This document shows positions 43,069 to 54,279 of a DNA stretch of 64,000 bases, in pieces. Positions within the stretch are counted from its first letter, which is position 1. Each line of letters begins with the position of its first letter. The translations under genes were made by a program, and so were the position numbers. Under the pieces are notes generated by a model, which saw nothing but the letters and a program-made list of their open reading frames with translations, ran no database searches and was not told the DNA's origin. The DNA lies in assembly GCA_030390025.1 (NCBI GenBank), contig JASTWF010000350.1:186001-250000 (forward strand). The letters run 5' to 3'. Origin of the DNA: Squalus acanthias (taxonomy: Eukaryota).

Positions 43069-43961
43069 TTGTAGTCTGAATGTCTAGGAAATATATTCCA
43101 TGATACTGCTCTATCAGGTTCTTATCCAGCTCTTTTGAATTTGCTGATACAGTCAGTCCACACCTTCTCTCGACAGTCTATTCAATACATTAATCATCTT
43201 TGGAGAAGTTTAAAAAAATATGTTCTCAGGATGTGGGGGACACGAGCAAGGTCACGTTTATTGCCTGTACCTACTTGCTGATGAAGGAGGTGGTCGGCCT
43301 TCTTTCTGAACCTCTGCAGTCCTTGTGGTGATGGTGCCAGTAGACTCATCTGACTTTTTCATTATTTTTGAGCTTGGTAGCAATTGTTTACAACTGTGTG
43401 GCTTGCTCGGCCCTTTCGAAGGGCATTAAGAGTCAACAAATTTGGCCGCAAATTTGCCAGCGCTCAGAGGGCGGGTTTGGAGGCGGGTCCGGAGCTAAAA
43501 TCAAAATGATTGACGGTGGGTTGCGAACCCGCCCCTATCCCGCCTCCATGCGACTTTCCAAAGTGTCGGGTCTGCAACTTCTGATCAGACCCGACACCAA
43601 GCGATGGGAGAGGCACTTAAGGTACCTGCTTAATGCTATTTTTACAGGGTTTTTCAATTTTGCCACATTTTCAGCATGTTCCACGTCGTTCGACAAACAC
43701 GCCAGCTGATTGTGTCGGGTATTGCAACAAGCTTAGTTCACAGCTGCAACTGCAGCATAAAAGCTAACCTGCCACATCAGTTCAATTTCAGATGCCAGAA
43801 CTTTCTGATTACAGGATGTTGAAGACATTTTTCAGGTGTATTGAGGTTGTAAGTGTGTGTTGTGAGATCTATATGCACTGTGACCTCCTTGGAATAACCT
43901 CTCTTCACTTTGACTGAGCACTTATAACATTTCTTCCTCAACTGACATATAGACCAGCAGA

Positions 43962-45195
43962 ATGGCAACCATTTATACCTTCTTATCCTGGTCCTCAGAT
44001 TCGGAGGAAGAGCAGCCGCGGCAGCAGCAGAACCAGGCACACCAGCAGCACCAACAACAGGAGCGTCAACCTTCTCCTCAGCCACCTGATGCTGCACAGG
44101 GCGGAGAGCATCAGCGCAGGGCTGCACCTCGCTGCAGGAGATACCCCCAACACAGGGTTTACAGGCAGAGGATCAGCTTCCTCAACATGAGTGAGCAGCA
44201 CTGCCAAAGGAGGCTGAGACTTTCGCAAGAGGTAGTCGCTGACATCTGCGCAATGCTGCACCAACACCTGCAGCCCAGAGGAGCGGGTGGACACTCCTTA
44301 CCAGTGGCTGTCAAAGTCACCACAGCACTCAATTTCTTTGCTTCAGGGTCCTTCCAGGGATCAGCAGCAGACATCAGCGGCATGTCCAAGTCGGCCGCCC
44401 ATAGTTGCATTACGCAGGTTACCGATGCCCTGTTTGCCAAGTCGCACAATTACATCCACTTCTTAACGAATGAAGCAAGTGTTACCGTGTATGCGGTTGG
44501 CTTTGCAAATATGGCAGGCTTCCCAAGGGTGCAGGGCATCATCGACATGTGGCCATCAGGGCACTGCATCACAACCCAGCTGTATTTGTGAATCGCAAGG
44601 GCTTCCACTCCCTTAACGTCCAGCTGGTGTGTAACCACAGGAAGAACATTATGCATGTTTGCGCCAAGTTCCCTGGCAGCTGCCATGACTCGTTCATCCT
44701 GCGGCAGTTCACTGTGCCTCAGCTGTTCAATCCGCCAACCCAACTTTCCGGATGGCTCCTTGGAGACAAGGGCTATCCTCTGAAGACGTGGCTAATGACA
44801 CCGATGAGGAGGCCATCAAACAAAGCTGATGAGCGCTACAATGCCAGACACATTTTCACCAGAAGCATCATAGAGCAAACCATCGACTTGCTAAAATGCG
44901 CTTCAGATGCCTGGACAGATCTGGTGGAGCCCTACAGTATGCACCAGCCAGGGTCTCCAGAATCATTGTGGTCTGCTGTGCCCTGCACAACATCACACTG
45001 CAGCGTGGTTTACCACTGCCTGAGGAACAAGTGGCTCAGCGCACTTCCTCCTCCTCAGAGGAGGATGAGGAAGAGCCGATTGAGGCTGCAGATGAGGAAG
45101 ACCTGGCGGAGGCGGCTGTCCCAGTGCCACCAGCACGCGAGCACGTTGCTGGCCGTTAGGCAAGGGATGGACTAATCCATGCCAGATTTGCGTAA
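43962..45195 (+). pseudogene. Harbinger (HARBI1-like) DDE transposase, full length, two frameshifts and one late stop
   Basis: ORFs 43962..44591, 44549..45175 and 44896..45159 tile [43 protein letters not shown] and CCALHN. Frameshifts at about 44547 and 44895. Confidence 0.95.
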
Positions 45196-45482
45196 CTTGA
45201 TGTAGCAAAGATATGTAGGCTGGCACATGGATATGAGGGTTGGCAGAACCTCTATTCCACACCAGACAGCTTCTGTACAATGAACTGTGCATTCCTATCA
45301 CTCTCCTCACCATCACTTAAGATGAAAGGCGCCCTCATCCCACGCTGTGCCACTTCCAATTCTGAGCACACATAGGGCAACTCTTTGAATCTTTGACATC
45401 GCATTTGTTTAATACAATATAAATAAAGATGACAAATGTAACTTTGTATTATATCAAAACACCCAAGTGACTACCCTTGTGA

Positions 45483-47355
45483 CTATTTGTGTGTTAGCTT
45501 TCTCTTATGCGTGCTTCTACGTGGTGCTTCCCCTGTGGCTTCAGCAGATGTAGAGTCAGCTTGCTCACTTCCCTGCTGCGCCTGTTTAGACGCCTTTGGC
45601 GGGCATCCTCTGGGTTTGGGAGCCTGGGAGGGCTCCGCAAAAGTCTGCTCCTCCTGCGGCTGTGCAGGGGCAGAGACGGCCATCTCAGTTGGGTGAGGCA
45701 TCTAGGGCTCTGACCGAGGGTTCGGCAGTGGCGTGGGAGTGTTAGCGCTTGGAGAGGAGCCCCCACTTCCTTGTTGTCGACTACCAACATCCCTCTCATG
45801 GGGTCACCCGCACTTCACTGCTAGCAAGTAGCTGGAGAGCACCTTGCTGCACATCAGTGGAGCCATGAGGACCCATTTCTGTGCTGACATTCCTCATAAC
45901 AAGGACGTCCACGAACCTCTGGTTTCACTCCTCAATAGATGCCCATCTATCCTCCATAGATGACTATCTATTTAGAAGTGTTACCATGTTCTCCTGAGTC
46001 TGGTGATTTATGTCCTCCACGGAGGTTGCCATCCTTTTCATTGCGGAACCCACATTCGCCATTGAGTGCACCACGGCATTGCTCATGTTTGACATGGATT
46101 CCTCCAACACTTGCAGTTGCCGTGGTTGCAAACCCTGTCAGAGCCTCCTGCACATGTTCCTGAAACTCCAGCACCGCTCTCTTTCTGGATAGCCCCAGAG
46201 GCACAGCGTCCACATGCAGCTGAGCAGAGCTATGAGCATCCTGCGGCCTCCGACGAGGACTCTCCACTGCTGTCCCTGTCTCCACCATCTGCTGATGCTC
46301 ACTTGTGAGCTGTGATACTACTCTATGTCGCAAAGGACCCACCGAGGTGTGTGTATCTGTGCTGGTGCTGGGTGCGCTCATTTCTGTTGACGCTGCTCCC
46401 TCAGAGGCTGCAGGTTCCTCTGAGTCGTCCTCTGGCTCTCCTCCTGGACATTGGGGAAGGGGGGCTCTCGATGGTCCTGTGGGGGAGTAAAGGCATGAGT
46501 GAGACATGTGATATTTAGGTAGCAGACACATCCCATTGTGCAGATGATCAGAACTCAATTTCTATGAGCATCAGATGCCATATCAGTCACTCATGAAATC
46601 TAAATGAGAGGGTTGCAAATCTATACTGTCACCAGCTTGCTGTACTGCGCCCATCTCTCGGCCCCCCACTTCCAGCTCCTCTGCACCTCTGACGATGTCG
46701 AGAGCAGCCTCCTCAGCGTTTGTTAAAGTCGCCAGGGATGGTGGGCCTCCTCTTGTCCTCCCCCTTATTGCGGGCTCTCTTTTCCTGCAATGAGGGACAC
46801 AAGTGGAGTTTCAGCGAGATTGATGGAGTGAGTGTAAAGAATCCATAACATAGATGTTTAGAGGGGGACAAAGATGGAGTGAGGTGCCAATACCAAGTGT
46901 GTTGTTAGTTGTTGCCATTGCATAAAGTGAGAGCGAGTGTGAGGGGTGCATAGTAGGATGGTGAAGTGATTCTGTACATAGAGTGAGAGGGATGGTTAAG
47001 GGTGCAAGGGAAGTAAGGGTAAGTTGGGATGTGCAGGAGTAGGTTGACAATGCAGAGTGCTGGTGTTGAGAAGACATGGGAAGCAGATTGAAGGTAAATG
47101 TGATGTTATACTCACTTTAGCTGAGCGTGGCAGATCATTGAACCTTTTTCGGCACTGCACCCAGGTGCGTGAGCACATCGACCTAGCGCTTAGCTCCTCA
47201 GCAATTTGCAGCCAGGCTGCCTTTGTCTGCTGAGGAGGCTTCCTCCAGCCATCGAGGGGGAATAGAACCTCCCTGTGCCCTCTTCCTCCCTCCACAAGAG
47301 CATCGAGGGAGTCATCATTAAAGCGGGGAGCAGCCTTTGTTCTTGGAGCAGTCAT
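45483..47355 (-). pseudogene. Harbinger Myb/SANT-like gene, three exons (47355-47116, 46784-46633, 46476-45483)
   Basis: MTAPRTKAAPRFNDDSLDALV..WLQIAEEL..RTWVQCRKRFNDL; GT-AG sites at the same positions as H2; C-terminus PRRSTHKRKLTHK*. Frameshifts in exons 2 and 3. Confidence 0.9.
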
Positions 47356-47785
47356 CTGACAAAGACTAGCACTCAGGAGCATCAGAAAGTAAATGAAACC
47401 CAAAGGCTGCATGGGCCCCTTAAATGCAGCTGAGTCAAAGACGTCAGCAAAGGAGAGCAGCAGACCCGCACCAACTTATTGGGCCGGGTAACGCGCACGG
47501 CAGGCTGAGTAAGCCCAACCTACTGAACATCGTTATCTCAGTGCGGATGGAAATGACAGCGGGACCGGAACCCGCCAAACACCGAACCCGACGCGAACCC
47601 GCCTCCGGATGGAAAATCCAGCCCATAGTGTGGGACTGGAGTCACATGTCGGCCAAACCAGCTATTACATAAAATGACAACACGGACATAGGCTGCTTGG
47701 GCCAAGCAGTCCGTGCTGGTGTTCATCCTCTACACGAGGTGGGATTGGAGGCTCCCTTTGCTGAGAAACAGTGAGGAACCAATCA

Positions 47786-47923
47786 AAACAAAAGCAAAAT
47801 ACAGCGGATGCTGGGAAACTGAAATAAAAACAGAAAATGCTGGAAATGCTCAGCAGGTCAGGCAGCATCTGTGGCGAGAGAAACAGAGTCAACGTTTCAG
47901 GTTGATGGCCTTTCATCAGAACT
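47786..47923 (-). mobile_element. Penelope-like 3' repeat with hammerhead motif (47887-47923)
   Basis: Minus strand AGTT-CTGATGA-AAGGCCATCAACCT-GAAACGTT-GACT-CTGTTTCTCTCGCCACAGATGCTGCC..; matches 1680-1810. Confidence 0.82.
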
Positions 47924-47968
47924 CCAATTGTCTTTTTACAACAATCCAGACGGATTCATTTCATTTGG

Positions 47969-48346
47969 AAATTGTCTCTACACCGTACTTACGTCATTGT
48001 TTCGGTGCAGGTTCCCAGGAAATTCTCCAAGAGGGCTCCAGTCCCACTGCCGGTTCCGTCCGCACTGAGATTACGATTTTCCGTAGATTGGGCTTATTAA
48101 GCCCGCTGTGCGCGTTACCCGGCCCAATTTTAATTTCCATTCTGGTGCTACTCCCCACAAATTACCAGATTTATTGAATTTAATGTGAACTTGTGACTGC
48201 TGGGTTGCTAGTCCAGTACCATAACCACCAGGACACCCGACATATCTTTTTATTTGCTGCCTTCAATTTTGAGGTTGTACCCTCTTGTAGAACTTCCTAG
48301 GAACTTGCACCGAAACAATGATGTAAGTACAGTGTAGAGACAATTT
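47969..48346. repeat. About 67 bp inverted repeat pair (47969-48035 / 48280-48346)
   Basis: AAATTGTCTCTACACCGTACTTACGTCATTGTTTCGGTGCAGG.. versus its reverse complement, with about six mismatches. Confidence 0.85.
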
Positions 48347-48514
48347 TCAGCACCAAAGATTGAGGAAATTTGGGAGTAAGAGGCATAAGCCAGTTTTTAT
48401 GCTATGCTCGAGTTTCCTCACTCTTTTGCGGCGTAACCTCTGTCAAAACGCGATACTGCTCATCACCAGGGCTCCGCCCCCTTGCAAAGGAGCAGTTCAC
48501 GCAAATTTCCCGCT

Positions 48515-48982
48515 TTTTTTTATTTGCTTATGGAGTGTGGGCGTCGCTGGCAAGGCCAGCATTTATTGCCCATCCCTAATTGCCCTTGAGAAGGTGGTGG
48601 TGAGCCGCCTTCTTGAACCGCTGCAGTCCGTATGGTGATGGTACTCCCATAGTGCTGTTAGGGAGGGAGTTCCAGGATTTTGACCCAGCGACGATGAAGG
48701 ATCGGCGATATACTTCTAAGTCAGGATGGTGTGTGACTTGGAGGGGAACTTGGAGGTGGTGGTGTTCCCATGTGTCTGCTGCCCTTGTCCTTCTAGGTGG
48801 GAAGAGGTCGCGCGTTTGGGAGGTGCTGCCGAAGAAGCCTTGGCGAGTTGCTGCAGTGCATCTTGTAGATGGTACACACTGCAGCCACGGTACGCTGGTG
48901 GTGGAGGGAGTGAATGTTTAAGGTGGTGGATGGGGTGCCAATCAAGCGGGCTGCTTTGTCCTGGATGGTGTCGAGCTTCTTG
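48515..48982 (-). mobile_element. 3' end of the non-CR1 LINE family of 25868-26608
   Basis: ORF 48793..49053 (LKKLDTIQDKAARLIGTPSTTLNIHSLHH) and tail GGCAATTAGGGATGGGCAATAAATGCTGGCC on the minus strand. Confidence 0.9.
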
Positions 48983-50117
48983 AGATTTACACTAGTTTTC
49001 TGTGGGTGTAGATTTAAGCCAAAAAATGTAGGTGCGGCAGGGGACAAAGTCACTATTTATGGAGTTTTTCAGCTTTCTTTTTGTCGATTGATTTCATTTT
49101 TTTCACTGAGACCTGTATTTTCTATACCTTTGAATTTTTTTTATGGCATTAGAAAGTGTTCAACATTAACAATTGAAAAGCTGTCACGATTGTATTTTCT
49201 TGAACATGCTGTGCCTGCAGTGCATAAATAATGGTTTGATGGCTTCAAACTTTCACGAGGAGGGAATTAAGAGGGAATATGACATAAGTTCTGCACATTC
49301 CTCATGTGCTGATTTCTGCTGGTTTATGTCATTTTTTTACATTCCAGTGTACGCTGATGAGAACGGCAGGAAATCTTGACGCTGGTACTGATTTGCAAAG
49401 TTGGCATAGAAACGGGCGCAAACTTTGGTGTATCTGTCCAGGAACTTCCGGGCCCGACCTTTTAGGATTGAGAATACTAGTTTTCACAGATTGGATTTTT
49501 AAAATGTATCTGATCACACATGCAAAGTGTAGTGCTCGGGGAGCGCGAAGGAGAAACAGGCCACGTGGAGCGAACATTTTTGTGTGCATGATCTTGCATG
49601 CACCCAATTTCTTTTTTAAAACATCCAGCCCTGTTCGATTTTGGACTGGGCATTAGGTGGTCGTCCTATGGCAATCCTTTCACAAACAGTCCATTAAGTG
49701 CCTCTGATTGCTACTTGCAAATAAAACTGGAAAGCTCAGCATTCTTTCAAAAAAAATGTATCTCTTCCATGGGCAGGACATGTGACGGATATTTCTAACA
49801 AGGAAGCTGTTCTCTCGCCAGCTACTAAGTGTTTGTTACAGCAGTAACTTTAAAACTAGGTGAAAGGTTTCAAAACAAGCAGGCTGCCCTGCTTTCTCCT
49901 CCCCAACACCACTCTGTGCTGAAACCAGGACAGAGACTGTAAATGTTGCTCCATTGCTCAACTGAATCAGCTGAAATGTTCCAAAGGAACATGGGCGGGG
50001 GGGTATAATGAACCATTAAGCAACTAAGTGTTGTGCTTCAGTAGCAGTTTCCCACGGGTACACTGTGTCCTTGTTTATTATAAATTAGCAGATCTCTTGT
50101 GACATTGCACAGGATAA

Positions 50118-51930
50118 GGCTAGAGAATATGCATGGCCGGGAAATGCGACTATGCCGTGCATGTTTTTGCAGGCAGTACGGCAGGCGCGCATTCATTCTG
50201 TGCCGGATGTGCGCTGCCCGCCATATTGGATCATTGCTGGTCTGTAGGTGGCCAGGACGCACGCCAGAATTATTTAAGTTGCTGATTAACATATTTAAAG
50301 AAGGGTCCTTTTCTGATTTTGCTATTCTGACTTGCCACATGATAAACTCGCCCAACAACTCGTGGCACTAACAGGCAGGAAAGACACTTCAGCAACGTTA
50401 CTTAAAGGGCTCATCCACTATGTACAAGTTAGTTGCTGGATTGTCATTTGAGGCTGCTGGTCAACTTTTGGGTGTTTTTTGGCCTGTTTTCTGCCCGTGA
50501 GAAAGTAATTTTTTTTGCTGGTGCTTCACTGTTTTGGTCTGCCTTCACAACAGTTGTACTGAAGTTATGGGAGCTCTGCCTTTGGGGCTGGAGTAGGAGG
50601 GGGAGCAGCAAGGAAGACAGGAGAGAGCAGGAGCACTAAGGAGGAGGGAGGAAGAGGAGGGAAATGCCCAGGCGGCCATACCCACAGTGGGTCTTCAGCG
50701 AGCACTTCTCCTACCTCAATGTCACTGAGGAGCAAAGGCTCAGATGCCTTCCCTTCACAAGGGAGGCTGTCACTGAGCTATGTCACCTGCTGCAGTCACA
50801 ACTTGAGCCTCGCACCAGGGCATGAACACCGTAGCGGTCAAGGTCACCGTGGCCCTTCCCTTAACTTTTCAGCAACAGACTCCTTCCAAGCTGCAGCAGG
50901 TGACATCAGCGACATCTCACAGTTTGCTGTCCAGAGCTGTTTAAGGGAGGTCACCGAGGCTCTCTATGCCAGGAGGAGCACCTGGTTTCCTAGTACAGGA
51001 AACTTTCGTTTATCCGGCACCCAAATATCCGGAATTCTCGCTTAACCGGCAAAAATCATCCTCCGAAAACTCCTCTCAAATAACCGGCAATGTTGCCGAG
51101 TTGCAGTCGAGTCCCCGCGAACGCCGAGTGCTCCGAAAAATCCTCTCAAATAACCGGCGATGTTGCCGATCCCGAGTCCGAGTCCGAGTCCGTGAACGCC
51201 GATTTAGTCAGTAGGGGTACTTTTCAAAAGTGCCACTACTCGGCCTCCTGGCGCTTTCGCAAGTCCGAAACATTGCAGTAGCAGGAGTAGATTCTCCCGC
51301 GCTGCTTGGAGTCTCTTTGTTAAAAATAGCCTCGGTAGATATAACTCTCTGTTATCCGGTACTTTCGATAAACCGGCACCACGCCGGTCCCGTCGATGCC
51401 GGATAAACGAAAGTTTCCTGTAGTAGTCATGACTCTTTCATCCTGCGCCAGTCCACTGCTGCTTTTGTTCCAACCAGGCCATCAGGTTACAGGCTGGCTA
51501 CTGGGTGACAAGGAATATCCCCTTCAGACTTGGCTCATGACTCCTGTCAGGTACCTGGGCACAGCTGCAGAGCTGGCCTACAATGAGAGCCATGCTGCCA
51601 TCAAAAACATCATCGAGCAGACAGTTGGCATGCTCAAGCAATGCTTACGCTACCTGGTCCATTTGGGAGAAGCTGTACAGTACAGCCCTGAGTGAGAATC
51701 CAGATTTGTGGTAGTCCGCTGCATGTGCCATAACTTTGCCATCATAAAGGACCAGCCCTTAAGCAGGTGCAGGAGGAGGAGGAGCATGAAGAGGAGGAAG
51801 CGCAGGGGCAGCATCGACCACCAGTGCCCCTATCTGCCAGAGCTCTCATATAGCAGCTCATCTGAACCAATGCTCCCATCCCCAAAAGCCAACAGTCCCC
51901 CAATTCTTATCACCACTGTCCTTAGTATCT
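50118..51930 (+). mobile_element. Degenerate Harbinger left half (H7) with HARBI1-like transposase pseudogene at about 50567-51865
   Basis: [74 protein letters not shown]; internal deletion plus a MITE insertion. Confidence 0.85.
50996..51420. mobile_element. Tc1/mariner-superfamily (pogo/Tigger-like) MITE, 425 bp
   Basis: Perfect 24 bp TIRs CAGGAAACTTTCGTTTATCCGGCA (50996-51019 / 51397-51420) and TA TSD. Confidence 0.93.
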
Positions 51931-52061
51931 TGAAGTCAATGGAAATAAAAATTGGGAGAGATGTAAAGCGGGCTGCCAACACACTATCACTCACTTCGTA
52001 CTAGCGCACAAAGTCAAGATCTACCCCTCTGATTCAGTCTTGGGTTGACTTGCCCAAAATT

Positions 52062-52290
52062 GAAAAGATCCATTGGTACTACCCAAAGGGGAGTTCTCCC
52101 GGTGTCCTGGCCAACTTCTAGCCCTCAACTAACACCATTAAAAAAGAAACGTATTGCTTTGTGCAATTTGGCTATGTTTTCCTACATTATAACAGTGACT
52201 ATACTTCAAAAGTAATTCATTGGCTGTGAAGGACTATGGGATGTCCTGAGTACATGAAAGGTGCTATATAAAAGGTGCAATATCTCTCCT
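52062..52290 (+). mobile_element. Deu-domain SINE 3' fragment
   Basis: AAAAGATCCATTGG..GGGGAGTTCTCCCGGTGTCCTGGCCAA..CAAAAGTAATTCATTGGCTGTGAAG; reverse match to 26845-27110. Confidence 0.75.
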
Positions 52291-53662
52291 TTACTAGCAA
52301 TGAGGATCCTTGAGTATGGCAGAATTGGAGGTTTCTGCATTGTGCCAGCACTGATGAAGAGATTCCTGGGTTTGGGTGGGGTGGTACAGTTTGGTAAAAG
52401 TGGCGGTGGGACAGAATTCCGTGGGACAATTGGGAGCGGCTCCCAGCATCTGGGGGCATTGCCAGTTCTCAGTGTTTGCGAGCATTGGGGAAGAGGGGTT
52501 GGTAGCTATGGGAGCATATTTCTGGGATACAGAAGCATTGGATGGGTTTCATTGTAGGCCAGCTCTGCAGCTGTGCCCAGGTGCAATGGGAGGGCATTCC
52601 TAAGGTGTGGAAGTATTGGGAATTTCTGGGTTGTGGAAATAGTGCAGAGTGTCTTGAGCTAAGGTAATGATGGAAGGAACATCCCATAATCTAAGAGTAC
52701 CCAAGGTGAGGTCCCAGGAGGCCCTGAGGTCTGGGAGCATTGGGAGGCTGGTTCTTAGTTTTTTGAACTCAAGAAGGGAGTTGCTGTGGTCTGAGACCAG
52801 TGAGACGAAGGTGTTCGGATCAAAGTGTGTGGGTGGTGGTGTTCTGGGGTGTGACAGTGTGGGATAGCAGGGATTGGTCTGGAAACATATGGGAGGCTGG
52901 GATCTGGCAGTATAAGGATGCAGGGGTCTTGTAGTATTAATGGTGGGAAGCCAGGCTGTAGTAGCATTGAGGGTGCAGGGGTGTAAAACCAGCGTTCCAC
53001 CCAATCCAGTCAGTTTTCCAATGGGTGGGTGAGGTTAAAATTGCCCCCATGGTCACTTCTGCAGCTACACACTTCCACCACTAGATGGAGCATCATAAAC
53101 TCACTCTGAGGGAAATGTGCTTTCTTTTGAATTTCTTTGAATAATGCCACAGCAGATCCACTGGTAAAATGTTAAAATGCTCAGGAATGGAGCAGGAAAG
53201 GGAGACAGAATCATAGGTGCATCTCGGGCACTCGCCTGCAACATGCATCGGAGAGGTGCCCAGGCCTCCCCCAGACACTCCATGCAGTCCCCTCCTGCTG
53301 AAAATGTATATATATAACATATTGTCTATCTTCAGCAGTCCAGGTCCTTTTCCTACTCTTATCGCACTGGGTGTTCCAAACTCTAGTCTTACATCAGGTA
53401 CCTTAGGAGTCAGGTAAGCAAAAACTCCCAACATAGGGAGTCCTTGCCCCCTGCCCTGAACCTCTCTGACATGGTTGGCCTTGTAAATGGTAGGCAGAGG
53501 CTCCGTCCCTTAAACACTGACCAGGATTTCACAACTAAGGAATGGCCGATGGAAATTCAACTCCCGCTTCTGTACCATCTCCATAGTCTTGACATACTTC
53601 CTAAAGTAGGGTGCCCATAACTGGACACAATAGGGCTGAAAATTACAGAAATTACAGAAAAT

Positions 53663-54082
53663 TACACAAACTAAGGTTGTATTCCTTGGAATTTAGAAGG
53701 TTAAGGGGTGATCTGATCGAAGTTTTCAAGATATTAAGGGGAACAGATAGGGTAGATAGAGAGAAACTACTTCCACTGGTTGGGGATTCTAGACGAGGGG
53801 CATAGTCTAAAAATTAGAGCCAGACCTTTCAGGAGTGAAATTAGGAAACACTTCTACACACAAAGGGTGGTAGAAGTTTGGAACTCTCTTCCGCAAACGG
53901 CAATTGATGCTAGATCAATTGTTAATTTTAAATCGGAGATCGATAGCTTTTTGTTAACCAAAGGTATTAAGGGATATGGGGCAAAGGCGGGTATATGGAG
54001 TTAGATCACAGATCAGCCACAATCTCATTGAATGGCTGAACAGGCTCGAGGGGCTGAATGCCCTCCTCTTGTTCCTATGTTC
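53663..54082 (+). mobile_element. CR1 3' end
   Basis: ORFs 53611..53805 and 53780..54004 (LEFRRLRGDLIEVFKIL; FYTQRVVEVWNSLP). Confidence 0.9.
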
Positions 54083-54279
54083 CTAAAAAATGGCTTTTAC
54101 AGCTGTTAGTGTTGCGTGAACCCACACTAGTTGAGTGGCAATCTGACCCTACTGGATTCTGCATTTTCTTTTTATGCTTTATTATCACTTTAAAAGTTTT
54201 GAAAGCAAACGTACAGTGGTGAGCAAGGAGAGTTAGGTCACCTGGGGGGAGGGGGTGCGAGGAATCAGGAGTGCAGCAA

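Larger units (their letters stand above)
43444..47624 (+). mobile_element. Most complete PIF/Harbinger transposon in the window (H6, about 4.2 kb)
   Basis: Right TIR CCCGCCTCCGGATGGAAAATCCAGCCC and degenerate left TIR GGCCGCAAATTTGCC..GGGCGGG. The flanks rejoin as a minus-strand SINE (AAGAGTCAAC.. / ..GTGTGGGACTGGAGTCACATG). Both genes are present. Confidence 0.92.

Noticed and set aside
43962..45195. Domesticated host HARBI1 gene
   Set aside because: It is frameshifted, lies between TIRs next to a Myb partner and has many paralogous copies in the window, so it is a transposon copy. No gene symbol assigned.
49354..49396. CTGATGA...GAAA as a fifth hammerhead or a C/D snoRNA
   Set aside because: The spacer GAACGGCAG cannot form helix II, and there is no proper RTGATGA box C with a supported terminal stem.
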